A stretch of DNA of 64,000 bases from Octopus sinensis. Its lineage: Eukaryota. Positions within the stretch are counted from its first letter, which is position 1, and each line of letters opens with the position of its first letter. The translations under genes were made by a program, and so were the position numbers. The stretch is from contig NC_043012.1 in assembly GCF_006345805.1 (NCBI RefSeq), forward strand, positions 53,940,001 through 54,004,000, in the 5' to 3' direction. The notes under the pieces are model-generated. The model ran no database searches, was not told the origin of the DNA, and saw only the letters and a program-made list of their open reading frames with translations. Below, one piece after another: positions 27,045 through 40,271 of the stretch.

Positions 27045-27279
27045 TCTCGAGGCATGCCAAGATCATAAGGGCTGGTTTCCCGGTTTCAGTGGCGTAGAAA
27101 TTCCCCACCTGGACGGGACGCCGGTCCGTCGCAGGATAGCTCATTTTTGCCAGCTGAGTGGACTGGAGCAACGTGAAATGAAGTGTTTTGCTCAAGAACA
27201 CAACGTATCGCTCGGTCCAGGAATCGAAACCACAACCGTACGATCATGGTGGTGACACCCTAACCACTAAGCCACGCGC
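27045..27279 (-). mobile_element. tRNA-derived SINE family C (related copies at 25752-25965 + and 11300-11530 -)
   Basis: gcgcgtggcttagtggttaggg..ggtttcgattcctggacc..cttgagcaaaacacttcatttcacgttgctccagtccactcagctg. Confidence 0.8.
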
Positions 27280-27302
27280 CTCGACGTCAAAGCACGTAGT
27301 CG

Positions 27303-27346
<44 letters not shown>

Positions 27347-27802
27347 CTGACAGAGACTGATCGCCCGAAAACACCGATCGAGAATTCCTTATACTGACCG
27401 GTCAGTTTCGGCAATTTCCATCCTTGTGTTTCGATATATATCGAAACACGACACACATATAAAACTAGATAATAGCATGTGAATATTAGTTAGAAAACTC
27501 TTTGGGATAAAAAAAAACAGTCGAAGACTGCCAATGGGAATCGAACCCACATTTTCTGCTCAGCAACATTTCTTCCGCTTCTTTACGTTCTAAGAGCAAA
27601 CTCTACCGGGATTGGCTTTGCTTTTCATCCTTCTTCTATAGTTCTCGCCTGTCTAGAACTATAGTAAAAGACACTCTTGCCGACGGTGTCACTCAGTGAG
27701 ATTGAACCCGGAACCATGTGGTTAGGAGGCGAAACTTTTACCACAGAGCTATACCATGGCGGTCGACTTACATGGAGAATGCATTTTATATATATGTATA
27801 TA

Positions 27803-28215
27803 GGCGCAGTAGTGGCTGTGTGGTAAGTAGCTTGTTTACCAACCAGATGGTTCCGGGTTCAGTCCCACTGCGTGGCACCTTGAGCAAGTGTCTTCTACTA
27901 TAGTCTCGGGCTGACCAAAGACTTGAGTAGATTTGGTAGACGGAAAACTGAAAGAAGCCCGTCGTATATATGTATATATATATATATATATGTGTGCGTG
28001 AATGTTTGTGTGTCTGTGTTTGTCCCCCTAGCATTGCTTGACAACCGATGCTGGTGTGTTTATGCCCCCGTAAATTAGTGGTTCGGCAAAAGAGACCGAT
28101 AGAATAAGTACTGGGCTTACAAAGAATAAGTCCCAGGGTCGAGTTGCTCGATTAAAGGCGGTGCTCCAGCATGGCCGCAGTCAAATGACTGAAACAAGTA
28201 AATGAGTAAAAGAGA

Positions 28216-28216
<1 letters not shown>
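27803..28216 (+). mobile_element. SINE family A
   Basis: Same head, core and tail. Confidence 0.9.
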
Positions 28217-28256
<40 letters not shown>

Positions 28257-28583
28257 TGTATGTATGTATGTATGTATGCATGTATGTATATATGCATGTG
28301 CGAGTGTTGTACTTGCAGAAAATAGAACAAACATTTTCAAATTAACATGGCTGCTGATTAATTACGAAATATAAATAAATTCAACCTGTCTAAAAAGAAA
28401 GGCGTCCGTCCTAGGCCGCTCTGCTTGCTTAACACGATAACGCGATAGCTTTCATTGTAATATGTCATATCATGTACACACATACACACACACATATATA
28501 TATACACACATACACACACACATGCTGCTTTAAAAGTGTGGGCAACATACATGATTATAACAATCTGTCTCTGTCATACACAC

Positions 28584-28620
<37 letters not shown>

Positions 28621-28668
28621 GTATATCGCGCACGCACACAGGCGCATTCCCTCTAGCTCTGTCTCTCA

Positions 28669-28699
<31 letters not shown>

Positions 28700-29116
28700 C
28701 TCCTTTTCTCCTCTATCTCTCTTCCACTCTTTATCGGTGACTAGTTTTGGATACTCGTCCATCAAATAAAATCTCTCTCCCTTTCTCCCTTCCCTATCAC
28801 TCGGTCTCTCTCTCTCTCACTCTATCTTTCACACTGACTATCTCTCCTCCTCTCCCTCACCTCTGTCTCTTTCTTCCTCTCCCTCTCTCTCTCTCTCTCT
28901 CTAATTTTAAAGACAACTATTCATTGTAATATGCAATTCATCTGCTGCAACTTAAACGGTGTGAGCACGACTGCACACACACACACACATACACACACAC
29001 ACACATACACACACTCACACATACACACACATACACACACCTATATTGTATAAAAGAAACACTCTCCAGTCCCCTTCCCCCTCTCTCTCTCTCATGTCCC
29101 CCCACTCTCTTTCTCT

Positions 29117-29159
<43 letters not shown>

Positions 29160-29453
29160 CTGCTTCTTTAGCTCAACAATAAGTTTAATACATTAAAGAT
29201 ACAGCATTTGAGCGTCTCATTAAAAACTCGTATCTTATCTAAAATCACGAATAGTAATAATATTACACACTAATTCATTATCTAAATTCATCACAACATA
29301 ACCATTAATTCTTTGCTTTTTAATTCAATTTATTTTTAGTATTTGCCTTGACATGGCTATAATATCGATTTTTTGACACAGACAAATACAGTACTTCAAA
29401 TTTGGAGTAGATTATATCGACCCTAGTACATGAAACGAACTTCAGTATGTCTA

Positions 29454-29667
29454 TGAGGGGGTGCTGATAAGTTCTTGGCTTTGGGTAAAAGAAAATACTG
29501 GAAGATCAGTTAATTATGATTTTATCCAGCATATTCTCCTCTCAGATTCACACACTTATTGCAGCGGTCCGTCAGTTTTTCGAAGGCCTGTTATAGAATT
29601 CGGAAGGTTGGGCCTTCAACCAGGCGTTTCGTGATACCCTTAAAACCAGAAACATTTTAGCACCCTC

Positions 29668-29700
<33 letters not shown>

Positions 29701-29908
29701 GACGCTGAAAAGTTTAGGGCTTTGAGTCAAAGAAAATATAGGAAGATCAGTTAATTATGATTCTACTCAATATATCCGCCTCTCAGATTCACACTTTTTG
29801 CAGCAGTCCTTCAGCTTTTTGAGACTTGTAAAATAATCCAGAATCCTAGCCCTCCAACCGGACATTTCATGATACACTTAGAGCCAGGGACTTTTCAGCA
29901 ACCCCTCT
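29454..29908. mobile_element. Two tandem ~215 bp mariner-type MITEs separated by (TG)n
   Basis: TIR-like ends gagggggtgctga..aag / ctttt(c)agcacccct with TA flanks. Internal sequences of 29454-29670 and 29698-29908 are homologous. Confidence 0.75.
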
Positions 29909-30261
29909 TACCTTTAGAAAAAGGAAGGTATTTAGTTCCATGCTCTAACGATTCTGCCAACCTGTTTTTATTTCTCACAACGATGTAAGGACTAAATTTT
30001 TGTAGGGGTCAGTCGGTTATATTCCTACACCTCTCCCAAAACTTGTCTGGAGTTTTAATTTTTCACTCCCATATAGAGAGAAAACAATGTAGACATCAAT
30101 ATTTGGACAGAAAAACGTAAAAAGAAATAATAGCTATAACAAAATGCCAGAATGTAATTTGTCTAAATCTGTAACGAGACTGGCAACCCACAGCTGTGCG
30201 CATAATTCCTTGTAATATTTTTGATAATATCATGGTCAATTCCCAATTATTGGTTATCTCT

Positions 30262-30645
30262 TTCTCTTTACTCTTTTACTTGTTTCAGTCATTTGACTGT
30301 GGCCATGCTGGAGCACCGCCTTTTTAGTCGAACAAATGAACTCCAGGACTTATTCTTTGTAAGCCTAGTACTTATTCTATCAGTCTCTTTCACCGAACCG
30401 TTAATTTACGGGAACGCAAACACACCAGCATCGGTTGTCAAGCTATGGTGGGGGAACAAACACACACACACACAAATATATACACACACATATTCATATA
30501 TACGACGGGCTTCTTTCAGTTTCCATCTACCAAATCCACTCACAAATATTTGGTCGGCCCGAGGCTATAGTAGAAGACACTTGCCCAAGGTACCGCGCAG
30601 TGGGACTGAACCCGGAACCATGTGGTTGGTAAGCAAGCTACTTAT
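30262..30645 (-). mobile_element. SINE family A
   Basis: Reverse complement of family A. Confidence 0.88.
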
Positions 30646-31825
30646 CAAAACCTTGGCTTTATTTTCAACCGTCTTCTTTCAAACCGAGGCAAGCAGGCAA
30701 AATTGTCAACACTCCGGGCAACTTACTGTATTTTCTGTCTTTTCTTGGGAAAGCGTCTTCGATGTAAGCATCCAAGTGATTCTTTAATCTTGCCTTACTT
30801 ATTTTTGCCAAGTACATCAATCCCAGTTTCTTAGTTTGCTGTCCACTTTCTCAAACTCGTTGGAAGGGAAACAAGAGCTAATCCTGAGCGTAAGGGACTT
30901 TGTCGAAAATGGTTGGATTTTGAACATAGTCTTTCTACCATAGCATTGTGCGATTAGATGATATAGTAAAAAAAGTACTTGTCCAAGATGATTGTATTAA
31001 TATGTGCGTATGGGTTGAGGTTGATTTCGATAGAATACATACCTGTTGTTTAATCTTTACCGCTTTTAACTTGGTACGTTACAATATCAGAGAGATTTCA
31101 ATTACTATTTCTAACACGTCAGGCGGAACTCTGAAGAGTACGCGGGAGTTCTGTCAAACCTGTCCACCCATTCTTTTAAACTAGTATTAAATTTAACTGT
31201 TTGCAATAGATAGTTCTCTCTTTCACACACACACACACCACACACACACACACACAAAAGACATGCATACGTGCATATATACATTTAAAAAAATTAAGAG
31301 AAAGTGGACATCTATGGACCATTGATGAGAGATTAGCAAAACCAGTACCCAAAATACACTTTCAGCTGCATACCTATTACTATTGGAGAAATAGGATACA
31401 TATCAACCTTCTGGAGCAATGTATAACTGAACTTGGTATTTTGGGGAGAGAACGCCCATCCTTGATTCACACGCTACAAATAATCGCAGTGTTTTAGATT
31501 ATAAAAATCTGCAAGACCTTAAGATTTAAAGGATGATCGTTAAATCAAAACATTTTCCTTCACAACCTTGCTACCAAGTATGCGGCTGGTCAAAATTCAC
31601 TCTGAATTAATAAGAGAAATAGAATATGCATACATATTATTTATGAGTAGCCAACACCTTTATGATTGCATTCAATATTTGTGATTTACTCATTCTCAAC
31701 CGAGAACATGACAAGCAAATGATTTTGTAAGCTTTTAGCATCATAGCAAGAAATCATCCTTTCACCTCTACCTTACGAAGGACTGTATTTAATATAGTAA
31801 CAGTAATCGCTTATTCTTACGCCTA

Positions 31826-31870
<45 letters not shown>

Positions 31871-31944
31871 AATGTGACCGCGTGTGTACCGTTGGCGATT
31901 TTTTTCCTCCGTCTTCCCTTCTTTGGATCTTTCTTTTTCCTATG

Positions 31945-31978
31945 TTTCTGACGAAGAGCTCCGCTCGAAGCGTTAACA
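31945..31978 (+). ncRNA. Minimal hammerhead-like motif (one core substitution) in a Penelope-type repeat
   Basis: ttt-CTGACGA-a-gagc tcc gctc-GAAG(A>G)-cg-tt-aac. Confidence 0.55.
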
Positions 31979-32384
31979 CCCCCCCTTCTTTCCTACTTTC
32001 CTAAGCGTCCCATAATACTATACTTGTTCCACGTCCTCGCGTTGTTGTGTTTTCTCTTTGTGTTTTCATGTTTGAATTAACTATATATATAAATATACAC
32101 TCACACATATGTATGTGTGTGTGTATACACATACATACATGTATGTGTGTCAGACTATGTCTGTGTTTATGTATGTATACATGCATATATTTATATACAT
32201 ATATCATCATCCTTTCACATGTTCAATCCACTGCTTGATGAAGACCTTAGTATGTTCTCTCCCCCAACCACGGTCTGATGTTTTCCTTGTCCATGTTTGG
32301 GGTCCAAGAATTTAACAGTTTTCATTCCAACTTTTGCATGGTCTGTGCGTAATTATATAAACTTTGTATGTATGTATGTTTCCA

Positions 32385-33030
32385 AAACAACTCTTTTATG
32401 GAGAGTTAGCTAAAGGAGAACGAGCACCACATAAACCAAAAAAAAGGTATAAGGACTTGCTGAAGGTTTCCTTAAGAGATGCTTGCATCTCTTCTGACAC
32501 ATGGGAAGTCATAGCTATTGATCGTAGCAGGTGGAGAAGGATTGTGCACGAGGGGACAGCCACTTTTGAGAAATCTCGAGTTGCACATGAGAAAGTAAGG
32601 AGGGATGCCAGGAAGGGCATCGCTGTTACACTTCCAGATGGGAAGGGTCTTCCTTTGATGCTGACATGCAGTGTCTGTGCAAGACCCTGCCTCAGTAAAG
32701 CTGGACTCAAGAGTCATCTTCGTAGTCATAAAGCGAGACAGATGAGTGACAACATGGCCACTGGTGGTGGTGTAACACACCATACTAATAATATCTGTCG
32801 GACATGTGGAAGATAGTGTAATTCGGCAGGAGGACTTAAACGACATGCAAAGGTACATGAAACCCAGTTACAACTACAGCCGGCTATTGCCGGTAAAGGT
32901 TTTAGTTGCTAATTCTGTACAAGACATTGTAGATCTTTAGCTGGGCTAAAAAGCCACATTCGATCACAGCACCAATAACAGTTAAGCTTCGTGAAATGGC
33001 CATACTCGATAACGAGGGGGCAGCCATCAT
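32385..33030 (+). mobile_element. RTE-clade LINE 3' fragment with three C2H2-like zinc fingers
   Basis: PKQLFYGEL..G.R....PKKRYKD.LK..L....I....WE..A.DRSRWR..VH.G...FE, then CSVCARPCLSKAGLKSHLRSH and two stop-interrupted fingers. RTE-like 3' tail tggccatactcga..gagggggcagccatcat. Confidence 0.88.
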
Positions 33031-33039
33031 GTATGTTTC

Positions 33040-33500
33040 TAACCTAGATCCAAGGCTCCTTCATTGGAATTTCAACATCATCAACACAGTATTGTTGCAT
33101 GTATGTGTGCATATGTGCAGTAGTTAGAGTCAGTGCATTAGCAGATTTGTATGGTTTCTTCAATGTATGTATTCTTATACATATAGTTGCAAGTGTAAAT
33201 ATGCGTATATATATATTTAAATGATAAGTTTTACACATATTTACAGTTCCAGTGATGACTCGGATCTGTTGTCTTCGAATCAACTTCCTGCTTTTGATAA
33301 GCCTAATTTTTCAAGATTGTTATTTAGGCAGTGTGTTACACATCCCAGCGTCTCAATAATTATTGGTGTGAACCTGAACTTGTAGCCAGTGTAGAGTAAC
33401 CGCAAATATCTCAGTAGTTCAGCGTATGTATGTACACCAAATAATATTAAATCAAAGAAAACAGATCTGAATATCTTGTCAGTGTTAAATAAATTCAAGG
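33040..33500 (-). mobile_element. 5'-truncated R4/Dong-like RLE element 3' end
   Basis: YAELLRYLRLLYTGYKFRFTPIIIETLGCVTHCLNNNLEKLGL..IRVITGTVNMCKT. Shares the 3' tail gttgaaattccaa..ccttgga with the 4985 copy. Confidence 0.7.
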
Positions 33501-34090
33501 AAATAGATTAAAACAACACAGAAATAACGGGGGAAAATTTTTTAATGTATTACTTTCACGCAGGAGTAAAAAAAAAGAAAAAAAGTCGAGGAATATTTTA
33601 TGTTTCGTATAATTTCTTCTTCTTCGGCGACAAAAATGTAGCGGAGACACTTTTATGTTAAAGAACACAACATGATATTTAACCAATATATTTAACTCTT
33701 TCTTCACTTTTTCTAAGATTTTCGTGAGGAAAACCAAACAGTGTGAAACTTAAATCATTATTTGACTTCTTTAATCATTGTAGCGTGGAAGGTAATTTCT
33801 ATGTCAGTTTTATATTTCCGTCATTCGTTTGTTTGTGTTGTTTTTAGTATAAATATTTATGTGGTTTGCTGTATTTATATACATATATACACACATGTGT
33901 ACGCGTATATGTGCGCATAGTTGTGCACACACCTTTTTATGTGTCTGTACATGAGTATAATTTATGTGCGCATGCGTGTTTGCATATGAGTATGGCTGTA
34001 TATGTGTGAGTACATATAGTGGTTCATTTATATATGTATGTATATGTGTATATGTAAGTATATAAAATCGCACAAATACACATAGTGGGT

Positions 34091-34130
<40 letters not shown>

Positions 34131-34349
34131 TGGGCCGTAGGTCAGCAGCACAGTTATCCTGTTGCGCTAGGTTCGGTTCTGTGCAGTATCTGTTTTGTAC
34201 ATATGCATATAAAATATCGGGTATATATGTGTGTGTGCGCGCGCGTCTGTATTTATGTATCTGCATCTTATATGTACACATATATGTATATATGACTGTG
34301 CGTATGCAAAACCAAGTTTATGCCTGTTGTGTGTGCATGTACATGTATA

Positions 34350-34415
<66 letters not shown>

Positions 34416-35220
34416 ATTCAGTAGAATTAGGTACTTAAGTTGAGGCACCAAGTCAGTCCGGTATTGTCCGCACAGCTCGAAGTTAGGTGAATAAAAAGCA
34501 AATAAGTAGAAAGAATGTCCAGGTATCAGTGCATTACGGACGTTTCAAGCGGCTCTATTTAATCGATCAACGCAAACATTACATCACTTTGAAATAAACC
34601 GTTCTCCTCAGGTGCATACGACCATATATATTTCCAACATAAAGAATACTCCATAACAATTTTTATTAGAAAATTTTCATCAGTACGAAGAACTAAAATA
34701 ATTACAATGCTTCTTTTTGTTATTATTGTAGCAGAATGAATTTAGGACAAAAATACCTAAAGCCTATTATAATTTAGAGCGGCAGAAGAAAATAATGGCG
34801 GTCAAGAAAGGGGAATGATAATATAGCTATATTCATGTTTATTCTTATCACATTCAAAAGACCCAATGCAGCAAGTAGTCTACATCCCCTTAGGAAAACC
34901 CACTGGGAATTGACAGTTAATTTCTTGCTGTTGGGGATAAATTCATTAATGTCAGACACTCCTCCTTACCCCTATTTTACTGTGACCATAAAATCAGCCA
35001 TATCTACAAAATAAAGAATATATCTTAGAAGATGCTAGCAAGATAATGATATATAGAGACGAGGCGATAACCAGAAAGAGGAAGGGCGTGGGTAATTTAA
35101 CATATGATTATCAACTAAAAGAGGCCGAAAATGGAAAGCAAAGGAGGCCACAATGAGATTTAAGTGTAGGAATTAAAAGTACGGGGAAAATGTGCATCCA
35201 AACTTAGCAAAATTTGTAAT

Positions 35221-35255
<35 letters not shown>

Positions 35256-35262
35256 TGTGTCT

Positions 35263-35302
<40 letters not shown>

Positions 35303-35528
35303 GTGTGTGTGAAATGATAATTGATTAAATAACCAGCAAATGGATATGGTAATATATATATTTATATGTATTTATGTATACACCCATACATACATACGTA
35401 TATATACATATGCCTGTATCGTATTTTGAAGCATAGAAGACCTACTTTTTTGTTTAAAAGTACAACTTGAAAATTTTCATGTAGCTTCGATGAAGCAGCA
35501 TCTATCATATATATATATATGTGTATGC

Positions 35529-35611
<83 letters not shown>

Positions 35612-35987
35612 GGAACAAAAACGCTATAGAAGACATTAAAACATTCGGACAGATAGACGATACAAAGGCAGAAAGAGAAACATCAATTAGAAGGACAGGC
35701 ACAAAAAACGGGTCATCGTGGCTTTCTTTCCTCAGTCAAGTTCAGAAGTCACGACCATTTTGGGCAGTTATATATATATAATATATATAATATATATATA
35801 ATATACATATATATATACATATATATATATATATAAATATATATATATATACATATATATATATACTATATATATATATAACATATATATATATACATAT
35901 ATATATATAACATATATATATATCAGATATATAGATACATATATATATACATATATATATACATATATATATACATATGTATATTAT

Positions 35988-36018
<31 letters not shown>

Positions 36019-36029
36019 TATATATGTGT

Positions 36030-39000
36030 GCGGTGTGTTGGTTTGCATACACACAGTCATATCTACACCAATATTCTAACAACATACACCACATAGAACC
36101 ACAATGGAATAAATCACTGAGAGATACAAAGTTCGCCTTTTGGAAGATTATCGAAAACAACAACACAGCGGATATATATACGAAAAACGGCTCAATCGGA
36201 CACCGTTAATTCTCCCTCGCAAACTCCTGATCAAAGCCATTACAGATGAACCTGAAGCACAAAAACGCCTCAGGGAAAGAATGACAGTGGATAAATGGAA
36301 ATGGAAATGGAACTTCTAAAACCGAGGGCACAGACGAATGATGAAAAATCCATCGATGAAGAGATCAACCAAGAAATTTGCTAAATGACCGAAGGTATCG
36401 ACCTAGAGAAGATCTCCAAATTATGGAAAGAGGATTGTGATAAAGAAGAACTGAAATCCCTCCAACGCTGAGAAAAAAGTGTCACTTGGTTCTCAAACCA
36501 TGAAACTGTCTTTCAGAGTACGTTTCCAACAACCCTTTCCTGAAAATAAGAAAATCAAAACAACACTCAAACACAGACTCACACCTATGTAAAAAAAAGG
36601 AACCATCACCCCTACCAAAAAAATAAAAAGAATACAAGACCTAACCCTAACTTTGTAACTCACCAGCGATACAACATCCGGAGTACCTAAACTTCAAACA
36701 GAGAAATGAAATAACACTACCAGCAGGATAGTCATTGTAATCTCCTTCCCGTAAGGAGTTACCAACGAAACTTTCGTTCTAACAATCTACTAAACAAACC
36801 ACGCACAACAAACCCGTACCATACGCAATAATTACCAATGACGTCTCCCTAAAACACCACATCCGAACATGGGATATCGGGATACACCTTTCGATGCCCT
36901 TCCAAGAACCCGCACCATAAATCACAACAGGGCACCTCGCAACAACAAGGAGCAAATACACAACAGCTACCGTCCCAATCACCTCAATTATGTTTTAGAC
37001 CCAATACGCAAACACAGAAACACGCAAACATAGAGACACCAGACAGACAGGAAGAACCAAAAGTGATAAAAATCATCAATCTAATTCACAAAGAACTAAC
37101 AGCAAACCAAATCAACATACTCTCCAAAGGGCTCAAGTTTACACCCCACCTCCCAACGCCCCAACTACAACGGAATAAAAGAAGACGTCGCAGAATTCTG
37201 TAGAAAACTACGACTCGCTGAGGAGCTCTACGACAAATTCAAGGAGGACGAATCGTTAGTCCGAAAAAGAAGTAACTGAGCAAAACTCTTGATCATTTCT
37301 GTGAATACGTCTCGAATTTCCCATATCAACATATACAGAAACAAAACCACAAGCCAAACTTCAGCAAAAAAGAATGGACTGAGCTGAACAAATTAAAAGA
37401 GGATAAAACAATAACAATCAAAGAGGCTGATAAGGGAAGTGCAGTTGTCTTAATGGACACGGTATACTATATAACTCTAGTACTATCCATATTAGAAGAC
37501 AAAATATGAAAAGGTCCAACACTACAGGCAGCAGAAAATAATCTATGTTAAACCTATACAGAGAAAGGCTCACCAAGGAATACGACTATATGACCAATTT
37601 CAAAAGTAAATCCAGTCAATTCTACGGTATTCCTAAGATACACAAAAGTGAGAAATTAAATATCGCATGCAGGATAGCCACAGACATAATAATCAAAGTC
37701 CTTTCGCCTAATGACCTCAAATTGAGACCTAGAATAACAGGTCCCGCATGTGAAACCCACCACCTCAGTAAATTTTTTAGATACCCTCTTAAAACCATTC
37801 CTCAAGCATATCAAAAGCTACATAAGAGATGACTTGGATATGCTCAATCACCTCCCTAAAACAATAAACAAAAGCACCCTACTAGTATCCTTCAATGTAG
37901 TCATCTTCTATTCGAATATCCCCCACAACCTAGGAATAGAGGCAATTCAGCTCTGGCTAGAGAATTACGCCAATGAATTCCCACATCGCATCGAAAAAGA
38001 ATTCGTAATAAAAGGGCTAAAATTCATTTTGGAGAATAACTACATGTCTTCAAAGACAACTTCTATCGACAAAAATCGGGGACTGCGATGGGTGCTAGAA
38101 TGGCTCCCTACTTTGCTAACCTAGTCATGGGATATCTTGAAATCAGTCTTTATCGTTAGGTAATAGAAAAATACTGCAACCCATTCTCACTCTACATAGA
38201 AATTAACTGCAAGATATATCTGGATGACTGTTTCATTCTTTAGCATGAAAGCATAGAGAGACTTAAAGAATTTTAAGCACTATAAATGGACTTGACGTAA
38301 ACATTCAATTTATGATGGAATATAGCCATCGACAACTTCCTATCCTCGACATCATCATTAAGAAATCTAACAACGAAATAGAAACAAATATATACTATAA
38401 GCCCACGGACTCCAAGCAGTATGTACCGTTCGACTCATGTCACCGCGGACACACTAGAATAAATATCCCTTTCAACCTATCAAAAAGGATTTGTACCATA
38501 GTTTCTAATAATAGCACCAGGGGCATACGACTACATGAACTAAAGTATACACTCATCACCAGGAACTACCTACCATCACTAATTGACATATGCTTTTAAC
38601 GTACTCTACAACTCAACAGCCATGAACTCAGACATCCCAAATTAAAGAAGAATTTACAACGAAAAGCTCTACCATACATCTCCACACACAAGCCTCTTAA
38701 CAATGAAACCTTCAACACCATCCTCCAAAGCATTCCCCTTCTAAAAAGGGACCAGAATGAATTTAATTCTCCAAACGCACACCATCATAAAAGCAAAAGG
38801 CAGCCCAAATCTATGAGAAGTCTCCTAACACAAACCCGAATACCCTCAACAACAACACTGAAGCCGTCAGTAAAAAAATGCGGTAGACCAAACTGTGGTA
38901 TATGCGTCAATCTAATTGAGGGATCAGAGATCTCTTTCAAACAGGGTCAACGTTTCACAGTGAAAAGCAACTTCCCATGTGCTTCGGAGAACCTGATATA

Positions 39001-39730
39001 CGTATTAACCTGCTCTGGATGTCGAGAGCAATATATAGGCCAAACAAAACATAGTCTACATCAAAGATCCCAGACCAAAATTCGGAAAAAGAGAAAAATA
39101 GCATTCAGCGAAAACATCGACATTCGCGTCAAAAGCAAACAACCAAGCTTCAGAATCTTTCCCCTCTATCAATTCAAGGACAATACTTTATCACAAAATA
39201 CTAACCCATTCTGAATGCATCCACAACAAATGACACTAACACCAGGACCTTAGAATAACACCCACGCAAATATTTAAAACGATATATTCAAATCAGTTAC
39301 CTCAAGAATTTATTCAGAACGATTTCAATCACTACTATCATCCACAACGAGTCACTTTTAGTCACTTGACAATTTAAAAGGATTCCATCAACCTTCTGCT
39401 ACTGTCATACCTCCCCCGCATTCTTTTATTAGTCTTTCACTTCTTTTCCTCCTCCTCCGCTGCCTCCTTTCTCTACTACTACTGCTTAAACAATCAAAGA
39501 AAAGAATGCATATCCAACTGGATGCTGCTAACTACCTAGAACCCACAAGAGTGAATAGGAGAGACAAAAACATACAGAAAAATGGAAAATGTCCCTTGCA
39601 TTTCAAAACTATAGAATAAATTTTTTAAAAAAACATTTCATTTAATTTTTTCACAATTTAATTATTTTTCATACTTTACTCTAAGTTGAAAACGTCGCAA
39701 TGACTAAAACCGATACTAAAATGTTCTTCA
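36030..39730 (+). mobile_element. Decayed, near full-length Penelope-like retroelement (RT + Cys linker + GIY-YIG endonuclease; Neptune-like)
   Basis: Motifs across frames: LSKGLKFTP, IKEADKGSAVVLMD, FYGIPKIHK, SYIRD..D.L, GTAMG..APTFANLVMGYLE, YLDDCFIL, YYKPTDSKQY..F.SCH, CGRPNCGIC, NLIYVLTCSGCREQYIGQT. Many frameshifts and stops. Confidence 0.93.
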
Positions 39731-39757
39731 TGATAAAATTATTTTAGCATTGTCTTG

Positions 39758-39928
39758 AGTGGCTGTGTGGTAAGTAGCTTGCTTACGAACCACATGGTTC
39801 CGAGTTCAGCCCCACTGCGTGGCACCTTAGGCAAGTGTCTTCTACAATATCCTCGATCCGACCAAAGCCTTGTGAGTGGATTTGGTAGAAGGAAAGTGAA
39901 AGAAGCCCGTCGTATATATGTATGTATG

Positions 39929-39994
<66 letters not shown>

Positions 39995-40222
39995 GTATGT
40001 GTGTGTATATGTTTGTGTGTCTGTGTTTGTCCCCCCAACGTCACTTGACAACCGATGCTAATGTGTTTACGTCCCTGTAACTTAGCGGTTCTGCCAAAGA
40101 GACCGATAGAATAAGTATTAGGCTTACAAAGAATAAGTCCTGCGCCCGATTTGCTCGACTAAAAGGCGGTACTCCAGTATAGCCACAGTTAAATGACTGA
40201 AACATGTAAAAGAGTAAAAGAG
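39758..40222 (+). mobile_element. SINE family A
   Basis: Same head, core and tail. Confidence 0.9.
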
Positions 40223-40240
40223 ATATACGCACACACGCAC

Positions 40241-40271
<31 letters not shown>

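Noticed and set aside
27520-27552. tRNA-like T-arm (gtgggttcgattccc on the minus strand) and the SINE heads
   Set aside because: Only A/B-box remnants are present and there is no complete cloverleaf, so they are treated as SINE-derived.
30650-31185. Exon-like AG...GTATGT segment on the minus strand
   Set aside because: All three frames contain stops; more likely a decayed LINE 3' end.
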